A DNA stretch of 64,000 bases from Acidobacteriota bacterium (GTDB lineage: Bacteria; Acidobacteriota; UBA6911; RPQK01; JAJDTT01), in NCBI GenBank assembly GCA_965209055.1, contig OZ242374.1, positions 4,544,001 to 4,608,000 on the forward strand. Direction: 5' to 3'. The position numbers and the translations under genes are program-made. The notes beneath the pieces were generated by a model. The model did no database searches. It saw only the letters and a list, made by a program, of their open reading frames with translations, and was not told where the DNA came from. Positions 30,376 to 40,565 of the stretch are shown here, one piece after another (within the stretch, counting starts at the first letter, position 1; every line of letters begins with the position of its first letter).

Positions 30376-33300
30376 TCATCTCCCACTGGCGGAGACCGCC
30401 TTCTCCAGGTCTCCCAAATTGAACACCGAGTTACGGAACAGCAGCATCTTCCGGCGTCCCGAGCTCTGGTCCAGGATGTACTTCTTTTTCCCTGCCAAAC
30501 CCGCCTCGACCGCCTCCAGGTAGACACGGATCCGGGTCGTCTCGGGCGACATGCGATACGCGCCGTAGCGCAGATCGAAGCGGCGGGACTCGCCTTCGGA
30601 ACGTTGGACCCGGGAGACCGCATAGGCCCGGGCCTGGATCTGGCGCCCCTGGGCCTCACCCGCCGCGATGGGGACCCGCTCGTTGGCGTAGGCATGAGCC
30701 TCGTTGATCATGCGGCTCTTCTGCTCCAGGGCGCTGGCCACGTCCCGGAACGCCCCCACCACCTCCAGCGCGGGATGCACGTCCTGGAGCTGGAACGCCT
30801 GGATTCGAACGCCCAAGCCCAGACGATCCGCCTCCGATCGGACCATCTCCATCGCCGCGCTCTCGATGGTGCGCCGGTCGAGGGCCAGAATCCGGTCCAG
30901 CTCCATGGTGGCCGCCACCTGGCGCAAGGCGCTCTCGCACAGGAACTGCAAGGTGGATTCCAGGCTCGAGCTGGCGAAGAGGTATTGATGGAAGTCGGCG
31001 ATGGTGTAGTGGACGACCGCGTTCACCTCCACCAGGTACTCGTCTCCCGTGAGCATGAGCGCCTCGTCTTCCCTCCGCAGATAGCGTCCCTGCCGATGCT
31101 GAATGTTCCACTCGTAGGCGGCCGGCCCCCCTTCGACCTCGGCCGCCGAGTCGGAGATCCGGAAACCCAGCTCCACGGTGCGTACCTGCGCCGGCCGGAG
31201 CCGGTGGAGGGTCTCCACGGGCCAAGGCGCCACGTAGTGAAGGCCCGATCCCAATGAACCCTCGACCAGCCGGCCCAGTCGCTGGACCACTCCCACCTCT
31301 TCGGGCGCCAGGATCCGGATCCCGGAGAGCAGGTACGCCAGGACGGCAGCCGCCCCGGCCCAACGCAGCAGGGACCCTTTGCGATGGCCTGCCCAGTGAA
31401 GGGAGTGCCTGAAGAGATGGGCTGGATTCCGATGGTGCAACCAATGGAGCACATCGTGCTGGAGATGGTGGACCTCGTGGCGGAAGTGGTGGTACCGGTG
31501 GCCCAGGTGGTGCAACCGGTGGCGAAGCCGGTGGGGAAGAAAGTCCGACGGCCGGCGATCCAGCAGCTTGAGGGAATTCATCAGGACCAGGAACGAGGAA
31601 CCCTGGTGGACGACGGCGGCGCCCACGGCGCTCAGGTACCCCCAGAAGGCGGCCATGACCGCGGCCAGGTTGAAGACCAGACCGAACCAGAAGATGTTGT
31701 CGTGAATGGTCTTGACGGCGCGGCGGCTCATGCGGATCAACGGTTTCAGGCGGTCGAGCCCCCCATCCCCGACCAGAACCACCCCCGACGCTTCGGCTGC
31801 GATGTCGGTCCCCGTGTCCCCCATGGCGATGCCGACGTGGGCGGCGGCCAGGGACGGCGAGTCGTTGACGCCGTCTCCCACCATGGCCACCCGGAGGCCC
31901 TGGAGCTTGAGATCCTCCAGCTGGGCCAGCTTCTCCTCGGGAAGCAGGCCGGCATGCACCTGGGCGATCCCCACCTCGCGGCCCACCCGAAGGGCCGCCT
32001 TTTCGTTGTCTCCCGTCAAGAGCAGAGACTTCCGGATCCCCAATTCGCGCAACTCGGCCACCGCCTGGTTGGCCTCTTGCCGGGGCTGATCCTGCAGGAG
32101 GAGGACGCCGGCGGCCCGCTCTTCCCATCCCACCAGGACGGCGATGCCTCCTTCGGACGCGGCCTGATCCAGGACCTCCCGTTCCGGCTTGGAAAGGGCG
32201 ACTCCCTGCTGTTCCAGGAAGCGGGCGCTGCCGACGAGTACGGTCGGACCCGCCTCATCGCCGGTGGAAGGCAGTGTTCCTTCCAGTCCCAGACCCGCGT
32301 GCCTTTGGACCGACTCCCCCGGCGAGACGTCGAGCCCGCGGCTCTCGGCCGCCTCCCGAATGGCCTTGGCCAGCAGATGCTCGGAGAAGAATTCCAGGGA
32401 GGCTGCCCAACCCAGGATCGCATCGGGACGGAACTCTCCGAAGGGAATCACCCGGACCAGCTCGGGCCGGCCCCGGGTGAGGGTGCCGGTCTTGTCGAAG
32501 GCGAAGCAGTCGATCTTGGAGAGCTCCTCGATCTGGACCCCGCCCCGAACCACGATCCCCTTCCGGGCCAGGGCGCTGATGGTGGCCAGCACCGCCGCCG
32601 GCGTGGCCAGGACCATGGCGCAGGGACAGGCCACGATGAGGATCGCCACGGAGCGCATCCAGTCGCCCGTCACCACGTAACAGAGAACCGCGATTCCCAG
32701 CACCAGGGGCAGGAACCATTGGGCGTAGCGGTCCGCGGTCCGCTGGATGGGAGCCTTGCTCTCCCGGGCCTGGCGCACCAGCTCCATGATCCGGTTCAAC
32801 ACCGTGGTTTCGCCCACCTGGCGGGCGCGGACCAGGAGCCGGGCGGTCTGGTTCACGCTGCCGGCATAGACCTGGTCGCGGACCGACCGCTCCCGGGGCA
32901 CCGACTCGCCCGTGATGGAGCTCTCGTCCAGGAGCGATTCCCCTTCCAGGATGGCGCCGTCCACCGGGACCCTCTCGCCGGGATAGACCACCACCCGGTC
33001 CTCCGGCCGGAGTTCTCCCAGAGCCACCTGCTCCTCGCCGTCGTCTCCCCAGCGGTGGGCCTCCTGGGGCAACATCGAGAGAAGCTGCGTCAGGTCGGTG
33101 TGGAACCTTTGGGAGGCGTAGGCTTCCAACGTCTCGCCCACGAGCATGATGTAGACCACCTCGGCGGCGGCCAGGTACTCGCCCACGTAGAGGGCGGCCA
33201 GAGCCGCCAGAGTCACCGCCTGATCGGCGCTGATCCGCCGGTAGATCACGTCCTGGAACGCCCGGTGGAAGGTGCTGTACCCGTAGAGGAAGGTCAGGAC

Positions 33301-33447
33301 GATGCCCAGGTCCCAGGGGAAAGGCGAAACGACCCACTCCTGCCAGTAGGCCACCAGGAGCAGGCCGCCCAGGACCAGTCCCGCAAAGCGCCAGCGGAAG
33401 ACGGCCCCTTCGTCCAGATGGAACGTGTGTCCGAGGGGAGGGATCAT
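30376..33447 (-). CDS. P1B-type heavy-metal ATPase fused via a His-rich linker to an HflK-like SPFH domain
   Basis: ITGES, ACPCAM, FDKTGT, SEH, LTGDN, GDGVND, HQGSS; then the His-rich segment, a TM, EVGVVQRLG, MLTGDE, DVHP..VV.AFRDVASA, R.YLE, all in one frame. Confidence 0.92.
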   Translation of the reverse strand: MIPPLGHTFHLDEGAVFRWRFAGLVLGGLLLVAYWQEWVVSPFPWDLGIVLTFLYGYSTFHRAFQDVIYRRISADQAVTLAALAALYVGEYLAAAEVVYIMLVGETLEAYASQRFHTDLTQLLSMLPQEAHRWGDDGEEQVALGELRPEDRVVVYPGERVPVDGAILEGESLLDESSITGESVPRERSVRDQVYAGSVNQTARLLVRARQVGETTVLNRIMELVRQARESKAPIQRTADRYAQWFLPLVLGIAVLCYVVTGDWMRSVAILIVACPCAMVLATPAAVLATISALARKGIVVRGGVQIEELSKIDCFAFDKTGTLTRGRPELVRVIPFGEFRPDAILGWAASLEFFSEHLLAKAIREAAESRGLDVSPGESVQRHAGLGLEGTLPSTGDEAGPTVLVGSARFLEQQGVALSKPEREVLDQAASEGGIAVLVGWEERAAGVLLLQDQPRQEANQAVAELRELGIRKSLLLTGDNEKAALRVGREVGIAQVHAGLLPEEKLAQLEDLKLQGLRVAMVGDGVNDSPSLAAAHVGIAMGDTGTDIAAEASGVVLVGDGGLDRLKPLIRMSRRAVKTIHDNIFWFGLVFNLAAVMAAFWGYLSAVGAAVVHQGSSFLVLMNSLKLLDRRPSDFLPHRLRHRLHHLGHRYHHFRHEVHHLQHDVLHWLHHRNPAHLFRHSLHWAGHRKGSLLRWAGAAAVLAYLLSGIRILAPEEVGVVQRLGRLVEGSLGSGLHYVAPWPVETLHRLRPAQVRTVELGFRISDSAAEVEGGPAAYEWNIQHRQGRYLRREDEALMLTGDEYLVEVNAVVHYTIADFHQYLFASSSLESTLQFLCESALRQVAATMELDRILALDRRTIESAAMEMVRSEADRLGLGVRIQAFQLQDVHPALEVVGAFRDVASALEQKSRMINEAHAYANERVPIAAGEAQGRQIQARAYAVSRVQRSEGESRRFDLRYGAYRMSPETTRIRVYLEAVEAGLAGKKKYILDQSSGRRKMLLFRNSVFNLGDLEKAVSASGR

Positions 33448-33460
33448 GATGGCGCCGTCC

Positions 33461-33527
33461 ACTATACAAGCCGTTCTGGCCGGTTCAAAGAGACCGCTTG
33501 ATCCCCCTGAGCGGGGCTGGATACAAT
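33461..33527. promoter_or_regulatory. Divergent sigma70-like promoters
   Basis: Minus strand TTGAAC-16-TATAGT (33488-33461); plus strand TTGATC-18-TACAAT (33498-33527). Confidence 0.45.
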
Positions 33528-33577
33528 CCCCCTCCCAAGGGGGACCCCCATAGCCGGCGCCTCCCGGAGCCCAGCCC

Positions 33578-35371
33578 ATGCTCGATCGATTCCAGAGGCG
33601 GAACGAACCTGTCTACCGGGCCGATCTGGACCGCTGTCAGCCGGCGAGCGCCCTCAGCCGGACGGCTCGCCGATTCGCCTGGCGAATGCTGGACTTCGAG
33701 ACCGACAAGGCCGCCGGAACGCTCCTTTTCGCCGGCGAGGAGACGGAAGCCGCCGAGATCACCTATCCCCTTGAAGTCCAAGGATGGCACGACATTTATA
33801 TCGGCCTCTTCAACAACGCATGGCGCCCCTATGAGGCTCAACGGGTCTTCGCCCGGCTCAGCGGAGATCCGGCGTTCTCGCTCGTCTATCTTCCGATCCC
33901 CAGCGAACGCGCCTGGGGTGTTCCGGGCGACGATCAGAAACAGGGCCCCAGAATCCAGGACGTCTTCTGGAAGACCGCCGACCTGACAGGCCAGACCGTG
34001 GCGTTCCGCCAACCGTGCCAGCGGGCGGTGCCCGACGAACAGGCTTTCGGCAACATCAGCGGCAAGGTCTGGCTCGCCTACATCAAGCTGGTCCCCCTCA
34101 CCGGCGAAGAGGTCGAAGACCTGGAACTCGACAGGTCCGACCCGGCCAATCGCCGGCTGTTCGCCTACAACGACTCCTGGTTCGACGGCGACCGGGGTTC
34201 CCGAATGCCGGGAGGCCGGTCCGAAGAGACGGCCATCCAGGCCCAACTGGAACCCTACCGGAACACCGATTTCGGGCGCATCTACTGGGACGGCGCTCAC
34301 GGGGACATCTGCAACTACCTGACGCGCATCGGGCGGGTCTGGGACGGCCGGGGCATCCGGACCCAGGATCCCCCCAGGCGTTACGACCGCCTGGCCCGGG
34401 AAGCCTGGGACGACTACGTGGAACGCGGAATCTATCCCTTCCGCGTCGCCGCAGACTTCGCTCACGAACTCGACATGGAGTTCCACGCCTGTTACCGAAT
34501 CGGGTGGCGACCCTTCTACTGGCCGCCGCCGTTCGACGAATTCAATCGCGGCGGACTCTACGACCAGTGCCCCGAGCTCCGTTGCGTGGGCCGCGACGGA
34601 CGGCCCTCCCTCGGCCTGTCGTTTGCCTTTCCCGAAACCCGCCGCTACGTCCTCTCATTGATCCGGGAGATGACCGGCTATCCCATCGACGGCGTCGCCA
34701 TTCTCTACAACCGTCAGCCCCCCTTCCTCGAATACGAATGGCCGTTGGTGGAGGGCTTCCAGGAGGAGTTCGGAGTGGACCCCCGCCGCCTGCCCGAAAC
34801 GGATCCACGCTGGCTGGCCTACAAGAGCCGGATTCTCACCGGTTTCATGGAAGACCTGAAGGCCGAACTGGCTGAGGCCGCCCGGGAGCAGGGCCGGTCC
34901 GCACCGTATCCGGTCACCGCCTGGCTGTTCGGCTCCCGCGAGGAGAACCTGCTTTACGGGATCGACGTGGAGCGGTGGGTTCGGGAGGGCTTGGTGGACA
35001 CCCTGATCCCCTACACCTCGGCCCGGAGCCTGTTCAGCTTCGAGACCGCCTGGGAAGACGCAGCCGACGTCACCTATTGGGTTCGCATGGCCCGTGCGGG
35101 AAATTGCCGGTTGGCGCTCAATGTGATGCCCCGAAACATGGACGCCACACAGTATCGGAACAAGGCCGGCCAGCTCTACTCCCTGGGAGTCGAACACCTG
35201 GCCTTCTGGGACACCGCCATTGCCGGGGGCCGGGCCTCGGAGACACTTGCCCGTCTGGGTCACCATGAGGAGATCGCCGGCTGGATCATGGCCGGCCGTC
35301 CCGAACCCCAGTCGACTTCCAGTCCGCTATGGAAGTTGGGAGAGTGGGACCTGAGCTATTTCCCCGAATGA
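33578..35371 (+). CDS. Hypothetical GHL10/DUF187-like TIM-barrel glycoside hydrolase
   Basis: AHELDMEFHACYR, LSFAFPETR, Y.IDGV, GIDVERWVREGLVD.L. Confidence 0.6.
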   Translation: MLDRFQRRNEPVYRADLDRCQPASALSRTARRFAWRMLDFETDKAAGTLLFAGEETEAAEITYPLEVQGWHDIYIGLFNNAWRPYEAQRVFARLSGDPAFSLVYLPIPSERAWGVPGDDQKQGPRIQDVFWKTADLTGQTVAFRQPCQRAVPDEQAFGNISGKVWLAYIKLVPLTGEEVEDLELDRSDPANRRLFAYNDSWFDGDRGSRMPGGRSEETAIQAQLEPYRNTDFGRIYWDGAHGDICNYLTRIGRVWDGRGIRTQDPPRRYDRLAREAWDDYVERGIYPFRVAADFAHELDMEFHACYRIGWRPFYWPPPFDEFNRGGLYDQCPELRCVGRDGRPSLGLSFAFPETRRYVLSLIREMTGYPIDGVAILYNRQPPFLEYEWPLVEGFQEEFGVDPRRLPETDPRWLAYKSRILTGFMEDLKAELAEAAREQGRSAPYPVTAWLFGSREENLLYGIDVERWVREGLVDTLIPYTSARSLFSFETAWEDAADVTYWVRMARAGNCRLALNVMPRNMDATQYRNKAGQLYSLGVEHLAFWDTAIAGGRASETLARLGHHEEIAGWIMAGRPEPQSTSSPLWKLGEWDLSYFPE

Positions 35372-35405
35372 GCTTCCAACCGCTCGAACGAAGAAGGAGC
35401 ATCCC

Positions 35406-37559
35406 TTGAATCGGCGGCCCTGGGCTCAACTCGCGATTCTGTCAGTCCTTCTGCCGGCAAGTCTTCCGGCTCAGTCGGGAGAGCCGTTCTTCAATCCCTA
35501 CGGCCTGACCGAAGATACCCTCGACGGCCTGCAAATGCGGAACCCCCGCCACCGGCTCTTCGTCGAGTTCTTCTCGGCGATGCTTCTGAACCAGCGGGTG
35601 GATCGGGAGGCGGCCTTCGCCGTCTACGGGCAGGTCCGGCCTCTCACTCTCCTGCAGAGGAACGTCTACGGAGACCAAGCCGTCTTCGCGGCCGCAAACG
35701 TGAGGGCTCAAATCAGCGCGGGTCTCTGGAATCTCTCTTCGCCGGAACTGCTCAAGGTCGACGTAAACCCTCCGGTAGTCCTGGTCCAACCGTCGCGCCT
35801 GCAATTCACCCGGGGATTGGAGAATCGGGCGTTGGTCCTGGTTCGGAATCGATCCCAAGTCCAGCAGAACGCGAGCCTGGAACCGGCGGAGGGTCCGTTG
35901 TATTTCCGGCCTCGGCAAGTCCGGTTGGCCCCCGGGGAAGTCCATCCTCTCATTGTCCGAGTCTGGGGTGAGGACGGAGAGAGCCTGGATCTCAATGTCC
36001 GATCCGGACGCCGCCTTCTTCGGGTGAGTCTTCCCCTGGCATGGAATCCCGCCGGTCGCCTCCAGATCCGGGTCTTGGACGAGTCCGGCCGGCATGTCCC
36101 GGCCCGGGTGGAGGTGGTGGGTTCCGACGGCCTGGGACGGGCCCCCTCGGGAACCTATCTCCGCTATACGCCGATGCGGGCGGGCCCCTACTTTCACACC
36201 CGAGGAATCAGCAGCCTGGTCCTGCCGGTGGGAAAGACCCGAATCCGTGTCGCGAGGGGATTCGAGCACCGCTACCAGGAACGGATCGTCGACCTGCAGC
36301 CTGGCGGACGCGGCACACTGGAATTTCGCTTGGAGCGCTTCCACGACGCCGCCGCCCGCGGCTGGTACTCGGGAGACATCCACATCCACCCCAACCTGGT
36401 CCACAAGACCATGGACCAGGTCATCAATCCCGTCGACATCCGCCTCCAGACGGTGGCGGAGGACCTGAACGTAGCCAACCTCCTGGTCTGCAATTCGCAG
36501 GGCGCGGTCCTCTACGACCGCCAGCACTTCACCGGCGCTCCCCACCCCCTGAGTACACCGCGGCATATCCTCTACTGGAGCCAGGAGCTCCGTCCGGCCC
36601 TCTACGGCCACATCGGCGTCCTGAACCTGAAGCGCTTTCTGGAGCCCCCGTATAACGGATTCCCCGCCAGCTTCTTCCCTTTCGACTACCCGTCCAACGC
36701 CACCGCCGTCAGGGAAGTTCGCAAGGAAGGGGCCGCCGTCTTCTACGTTCACCCTTCCCTGGGGCGACAGCGCTGGATCCCGGTCGACGCCGCGCTCGGA
36801 ACCGTCGACGGCATGGAGATCCTCGGCTTGTCCAACACCCAGAGTTCCAACACCCTCTACCGCCTGCTGCTCGACTGCGGCTGGCGCCTCAGCGCCGTGG
36901 CCGGCACCGACGCCTTCAACAACGTCCGCCGGCACAAGGTCCTGGGCGGGGATCGCGTCTACGCCTACACGGGGGACAAGCTGTCTTACGAGGACTGGGT
37001 TCGCGCACTGCAGCAAGGGAGGACGTTCGTCAGCAACGGACCTCTGCTTTACTTCCGCGTCCAGGGCCGGCTTCCCGGAAGCGAGATCGCCCTGGACGAA
37101 CCCGGACCTGTGGAGTTGGAGGTGGAGGCGTATTCCCAGGTCCCCATGGAGAAGGTGGAAATCCTCTTCAACAGCGAGGTCCTGCAGGAGATTCCCCTGC
37201 AAGACGGCACCAAATTGAATCATCGGGGGACGATCCGGGTTCCGTCCAGCGGCTGGATGGCCGCCCGGATTTGGGGAGAAGAGCATCCATTGGTGGTCAA
37301 CAACCCGGAACTCTTCGCCCACACGACGCCGGTCTATCTCACGGTGGGAGGGCGGCCCTACGCGGATCCCGAAGCCCTCGAATTCTTCCTGGAGAGGTTC
37401 CAGGAAATGCGCCGGACCTCCCTCGCCGGAGGCTCTTTCGAGAGCCTCCATCAGCAGCGCGAGGTTCTGGGCCAGTTGGCGGAAGCGGAGAAAATCTACC
37501 GGGAGCGGCTGAAATGGTCCCGCAATACTCCTGCCGACGCTGCGGACTCCGGTCCATGA
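35406..37559 (+). CDS. CehA/McbA family metallohydrolase (PHP domain), secreted
   Basis: GWYSGDIHIH, YGH, YVHP, AGTD, GRTFVSNGP, FAHTTPVY. Confidence 0.82.
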   Translation: MNRRPWAQLAILSVLLPASLPAQSGEPFFNPYGLTEDTLDGLQMRNPRHRLFVEFFSAMLLNQRVDREAAFAVYGQVRPLTLLQRNVYGDQAVFAAANVRAQISAGLWNLSSPELLKVDVNPPVVLVQPSRLQFTRGLENRALVLVRNRSQVQQNASLEPAEGPLYFRPRQVRLAPGEVHPLIVRVWGEDGESLDLNVRSGRRLLRVSLPLAWNPAGRLQIRVLDESGRHVPARVEVVGSDGLGRAPSGTYLRYTPMRAGPYFHTRGISSLVLPVGKTRIRVARGFEHRYQERIVDLQPGGRGTLEFRLERFHDAAARGWYSGDIHIHPNLVHKTMDQVINPVDIRLQTVAEDLNVANLLVCNSQGAVLYDRQHFTGAPHPLSTPRHILYWSQELRPALYGHIGVLNLKRFLEPPYNGFPASFFPFDYPSNATAVREVRKEGAAVFYVHPSLGRQRWIPVDAALGTVDGMEILGLSNTQSSNTLYRLLLDCGWRLSAVAGTDAFNNVRRHKVLGGDRVYAYTGDKLSYEDWVRALQQGRTFVSNGPLLYFRVQGRLPGSEIALDEPGPVELEVEAYSQVPMEKVEILFNSEVLQEIPLQDGTKLNHRGTIRVPSSGWMAARIWGEEHPLVVNNPELFAHTTPVYLTVGGRPYADPEALEFFLERFQEMRRTSLAGGSFESLHQQREVLGQLAEAEKIYRERLKWSRNTPADAADSGP

Positions 37560-37578
37560 CAAGAGTCGCCGACGGCTG

Positions 37579-37744
37579 TTAACGGTTCATGGTGAAAGTC
37601 CCGCGAGCACCGAGACCGTTCCTGCGCCCGCCGGACAAGGCGCGATTCGGGTGCATACCAGGAGTATGTGCCCGAATCGCAACACAGTCCGCCGGGATGC
37701 AGGGACGGTCGAATGCCGTGACGACTTTCACCATGAACTGTTAA
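37579..37744. mobile_element. Intact 166-bp MITE
   Basis: TTAACGGTTCATGGTGAAAGTC ... GACTTTCACCATGAACTGTTAA (22-nt inverted repeat, 1 mismatch, TTAA at both ends); internal hairpin GCGATTCGGG..CCCGAATCGC. Confidence 0.88.
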
Positions 37745-37772
37745 GATCCAAGGCATTCGATCGGATCGAGCC

Positions 37773-40430
37773 GTGACCCATTGGCATCCCATCTCCGCCC
37801 CGTCAGGACGCTGCCTCCGGGTGGCCGTGGCCGTAGCGACCCTCAGTTGGGGAGCGGCCTGGCCGAGTTCCCCCGCGTCCCGCCCTGCCGATCGGGCCTC
37901 CGAGATCCTCAAGCACGAGTGTCTGAGTTGCCATGGCTCCATCCGCGCCTCGGGCCTGGATCTCCGGTCCCGGGAGGGCATGCTCCGCGGCGGCAACCGC
38001 GGTCCGGCGGTGGACCCGGGCCGGCCCGATTCCAGCCTGCTCTACCAGGCCGTCGCCCACGCGGGCGATCTGGCCATGCCTCCTGGAGAGAAACGGCTCC
38101 CCGACCGGGACGTGGAAACCCTCAAGGCCTGGATCGAGGCCGGGGCTTCCTGGCCCGAATCTGCCGGCGATGACGGCGGCGGCCCGGCCTGGTGGTCCTT
38201 TCGCCCACCGGTCCGCCCCGAGCCTCCCCAAGTCCTCGGGGCAGCACACCGGGTGCGCAATCCCATCGACAACTTCGTGCTGGCCCGGCTCCATGCCCAG
38301 GGCCTGAAACCGGCTCCCGAAGCGGCCCGGCCGGAGCTGGTCCGCAGAGTCTACATCGACCTGATCGGACTGCCGCCCACCCCGGAACAAGTGGAGTCCT
38401 TCCTCCGGGACGAGTCTCCCAAGGCGTTCGAAAAGCTGGTGGACCAGTTGCTGGAGTCGCCCGCCTACGGCGAGCGCTGGGCCCGGCACTGGCTCGACGT
38501 GGTCCGGTACGCCGACAGCGGCGGGTTCGAGACGGACGAGTATTATCCCAACGCCTGGCGCTACCGGGACTACGTGATCAAGTCCTTCAACGAAGACAAG
38601 CCATACGACCGCTTCATCCAGGAACAGATCGCGGCCGACGAGCTTTGGCCCGACAACCTGGACCTCTTCGACACCAGCTACGCCATTCGCCCGGAAAAGG
38701 TGGCCCACATGGAGGCCCGCGTCGCCACCAGCCTCTACGGGTTCGGGCCTTCCATCGGCGAATCCACCCTGGACGCCCCCAAGCTCCGTTACGAGCGCCT
38801 GACCGATTGGGTGGACATGACGGGAGCGGCCTTCATGGGCCTGACCCTGGCCTGCGCCCGCTGTCATGACCACAAGTTCGATCCCATCACCCAAGAGGAC
38901 TACTTCCGGATGCAGGCCATCTTCGCGCCCTCCCATCCGGTGACGCTCCCGGTGGTCACGGCCATGAGCATGTTTCACCGGAACGAGCACTACCCCCGGA
39001 CCATCGCCCTGGACGAACGGCGCCGGGCCCACGAAATGTTCGAGTCCAAGGTCCGGGGCCGTTTGACCGAGGAACAGAAGGCGGGTTTCTCACCGGAGGC
39101 GCGCCGGGCCTACGAAAAACCGGAGAAGGAACGGACGAAAGAGGAGCGGATGCTGGCGGCTCCGGTCCAGGACGCCGTGGCGGACTTTTTCAATCGAAAT
39201 ACCTTCAAGCTCAAGGACCACCTGACGCCGGAAGAGAAGGCGGAACGGTCCCGGCTGCTCCTGGCCATCGCCGAGAAGGTCTTGGAGGTCCCCGTCTCCG
39301 ACGGCTCCCACGCCATCCGATGGGATGGATTTTACGACACGCCCTCGGCCACGGTCCTGGGCCACATCCAGGGAGAGCTGATCCCGGAGACCCGCATTCT
39401 GGAGCGGGGCGATCTGGACCGTCCGGGGGAGCGGGTGGGAGCCGGATTGCCCCGGATCCTGGGGGAAGACGTGGACTTCCGCACCAACCAGGGCCATGGG
39501 CCCCGTCACCGGAAACACCTGGCCCTGTGGCTGACTCGTCCCGATCATCCGCTCACTGCCCGTGTCATGGTCAACCGCCTCTGGCAGTGGCATTTCGGGC
39601 GGGGCCTCGTGTCCACGTCCAACGATTTCGGCCTCCAGGGGCAGCCCCCGTCCCACCCCGAGCTTCTGGACTGGCTCGCCACCGAATTCGTCCGCCAGGG
39701 CTGGAGCCTCAAGGCGATGCACCGGCTGATCGTCCAATCCTCGGCTTACCGGCTCAGCAGCCGGTTCGACGACCCTGGCAACACCGCCGCCGACCCGGAC
39801 AATGCCTACCTCTGGAGGGCCAATCGGAGACGGGTCGAGGCCGAGGTCCTGTGGGACAGCATTCATGCCGTGGCCGGCACCCTGAACTCCAAGATGTACG
39901 GGCGGCCGTTCGTGCCGCCGCTGTCGGAGGATGAACTGGCCGGCTTCCGGCTCAAGTGGGCCTGGACCGTGCCGGCGGATCCCGCAGAGCACAGCCGAAG
40001 AGGCATCTACATCCTCTCGCGGCGGAACTTCGTCTTCCCTATGTTCGAGAAATTCGATACTCCCGATCCGGCCGTCAGTTGTCCCGAGCGCTCCGTGACT
40101 ACCGTGGCCCCCCAGTCCCTCTGGCTCCTCAACAACGATGCCGTCTTCCGGCAGGCCCTGGCGTTTGCCGGACGCCTGGTGCGGGAAGGGGGTTCCGAGC
40201 CGGGCCAGTGGGTGGACCGGGCCTGGCGGACTGCGTTGGGGCGTCCGCCCACCGGTCAGGAGACCCGGGACGCGCTGGAGACTCTGGCGTCTGCCGCGGG
40301 CGAACGGTGGGCGGAGTTGCCGGAGGGCGCTCCCCCGGAGTTGAAGACCATCGAGCGGAATCAGGCCCAGGGACTGACGGAACTCTGCCTGGCCGTGTTC
40401 AACCTCAATGAGTTTCTCTTTGTTGATTGA
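37773..40430 (+). CDS. PSD1/PSCyt (DUF1549 + DUF1553) planctomycete cytochrome c domain protein
   Basis: [73 protein letters not shown]. Confidence 0.92.
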   Translation: MTHWHPISAPSGRCLRVAVAVATLSWGAAWPSSPASRPADRASEILKHECLSCHGSIRASGLDLRSREGMLRGGNRGPAVDPGRPDSSLLYQAVAHAGDLAMPPGEKRLPDRDVETLKAWIEAGASWPESAGDDGGGPAWWSFRPPVRPEPPQVLGAAHRVRNPIDNFVLARLHAQGLKPAPEAARPELVRRVYIDLIGLPPTPEQVESFLRDESPKAFEKLVDQLLESPAYGERWARHWLDVVRYADSGGFETDEYYPNAWRYRDYVIKSFNEDKPYDRFIQEQIAADELWPDNLDLFDTSYAIRPEKVAHMEARVATSLYGFGPSIGESTLDAPKLRYERLTDWVDMTGAAFMGLTLACARCHDHKFDPITQEDYFRMQAIFAPSHPVTLPVVTAMSMFHRNEHYPRTIALDERRRAHEMFESKVRGRLTEEQKAGFSPEARRAYEKPEKERTKEERMLAAPVQDAVADFFNRNTFKLKDHLTPEEKAERSRLLLAIAEKVLEVPVSDGSHAIRWDGFYDTPSATVLGHIQGELIPETRILERGDLDRPGERVGAGLPRILGEDVDFRTNQGHGPRHRKHLALWLTRPDHPLTARVMVNRLWQWHFGRGLVSTSNDFGLQGQPPSHPELLDWLATEFVRQGWSLKAMHRLIVQSSAYRLSSRFDDPGNTAADPDNAYLWRANRRRVEAEVLWDSIHAVAGTLNSKMYGRPFVPPLSEDELAGFRLKWAWTVPADPAEHSRRGIYILSRRNFVFPMFEKFDTPDPAVSCPERSVTTVAPQSLWLLNNDAVFRQALAFAGRLVREGGSEPGQWVDRAWRTALGRPPTGQETRDALETLASAAGERWAELPEGAPPELKTIERNQAQGLTELCLAVFNLNEFLFVD

Positions 40431-40455
40431 AGCGCATACTTGTGGATCCGGAATT

Positions 40456-40508
40456 GGGGGACAGGAATGTCCACTTTCCCGGTGGGGGACAGGAATGTCC
40501 CCCCTCCT
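40456..40508. repeat. Tandem REP-like palindromes
   Basis: GGGGGACAGGAATGTCC twice; the second is the full hairpin GGGGGACAggaaTGTCCCCC. Confidence 0.7.
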
Positions 40509-40565
40509 GTTGACGTTGCCACGTTGGCGGGGCTTCAATAGGAGCACTCATTCAAGGAGTGGAAT

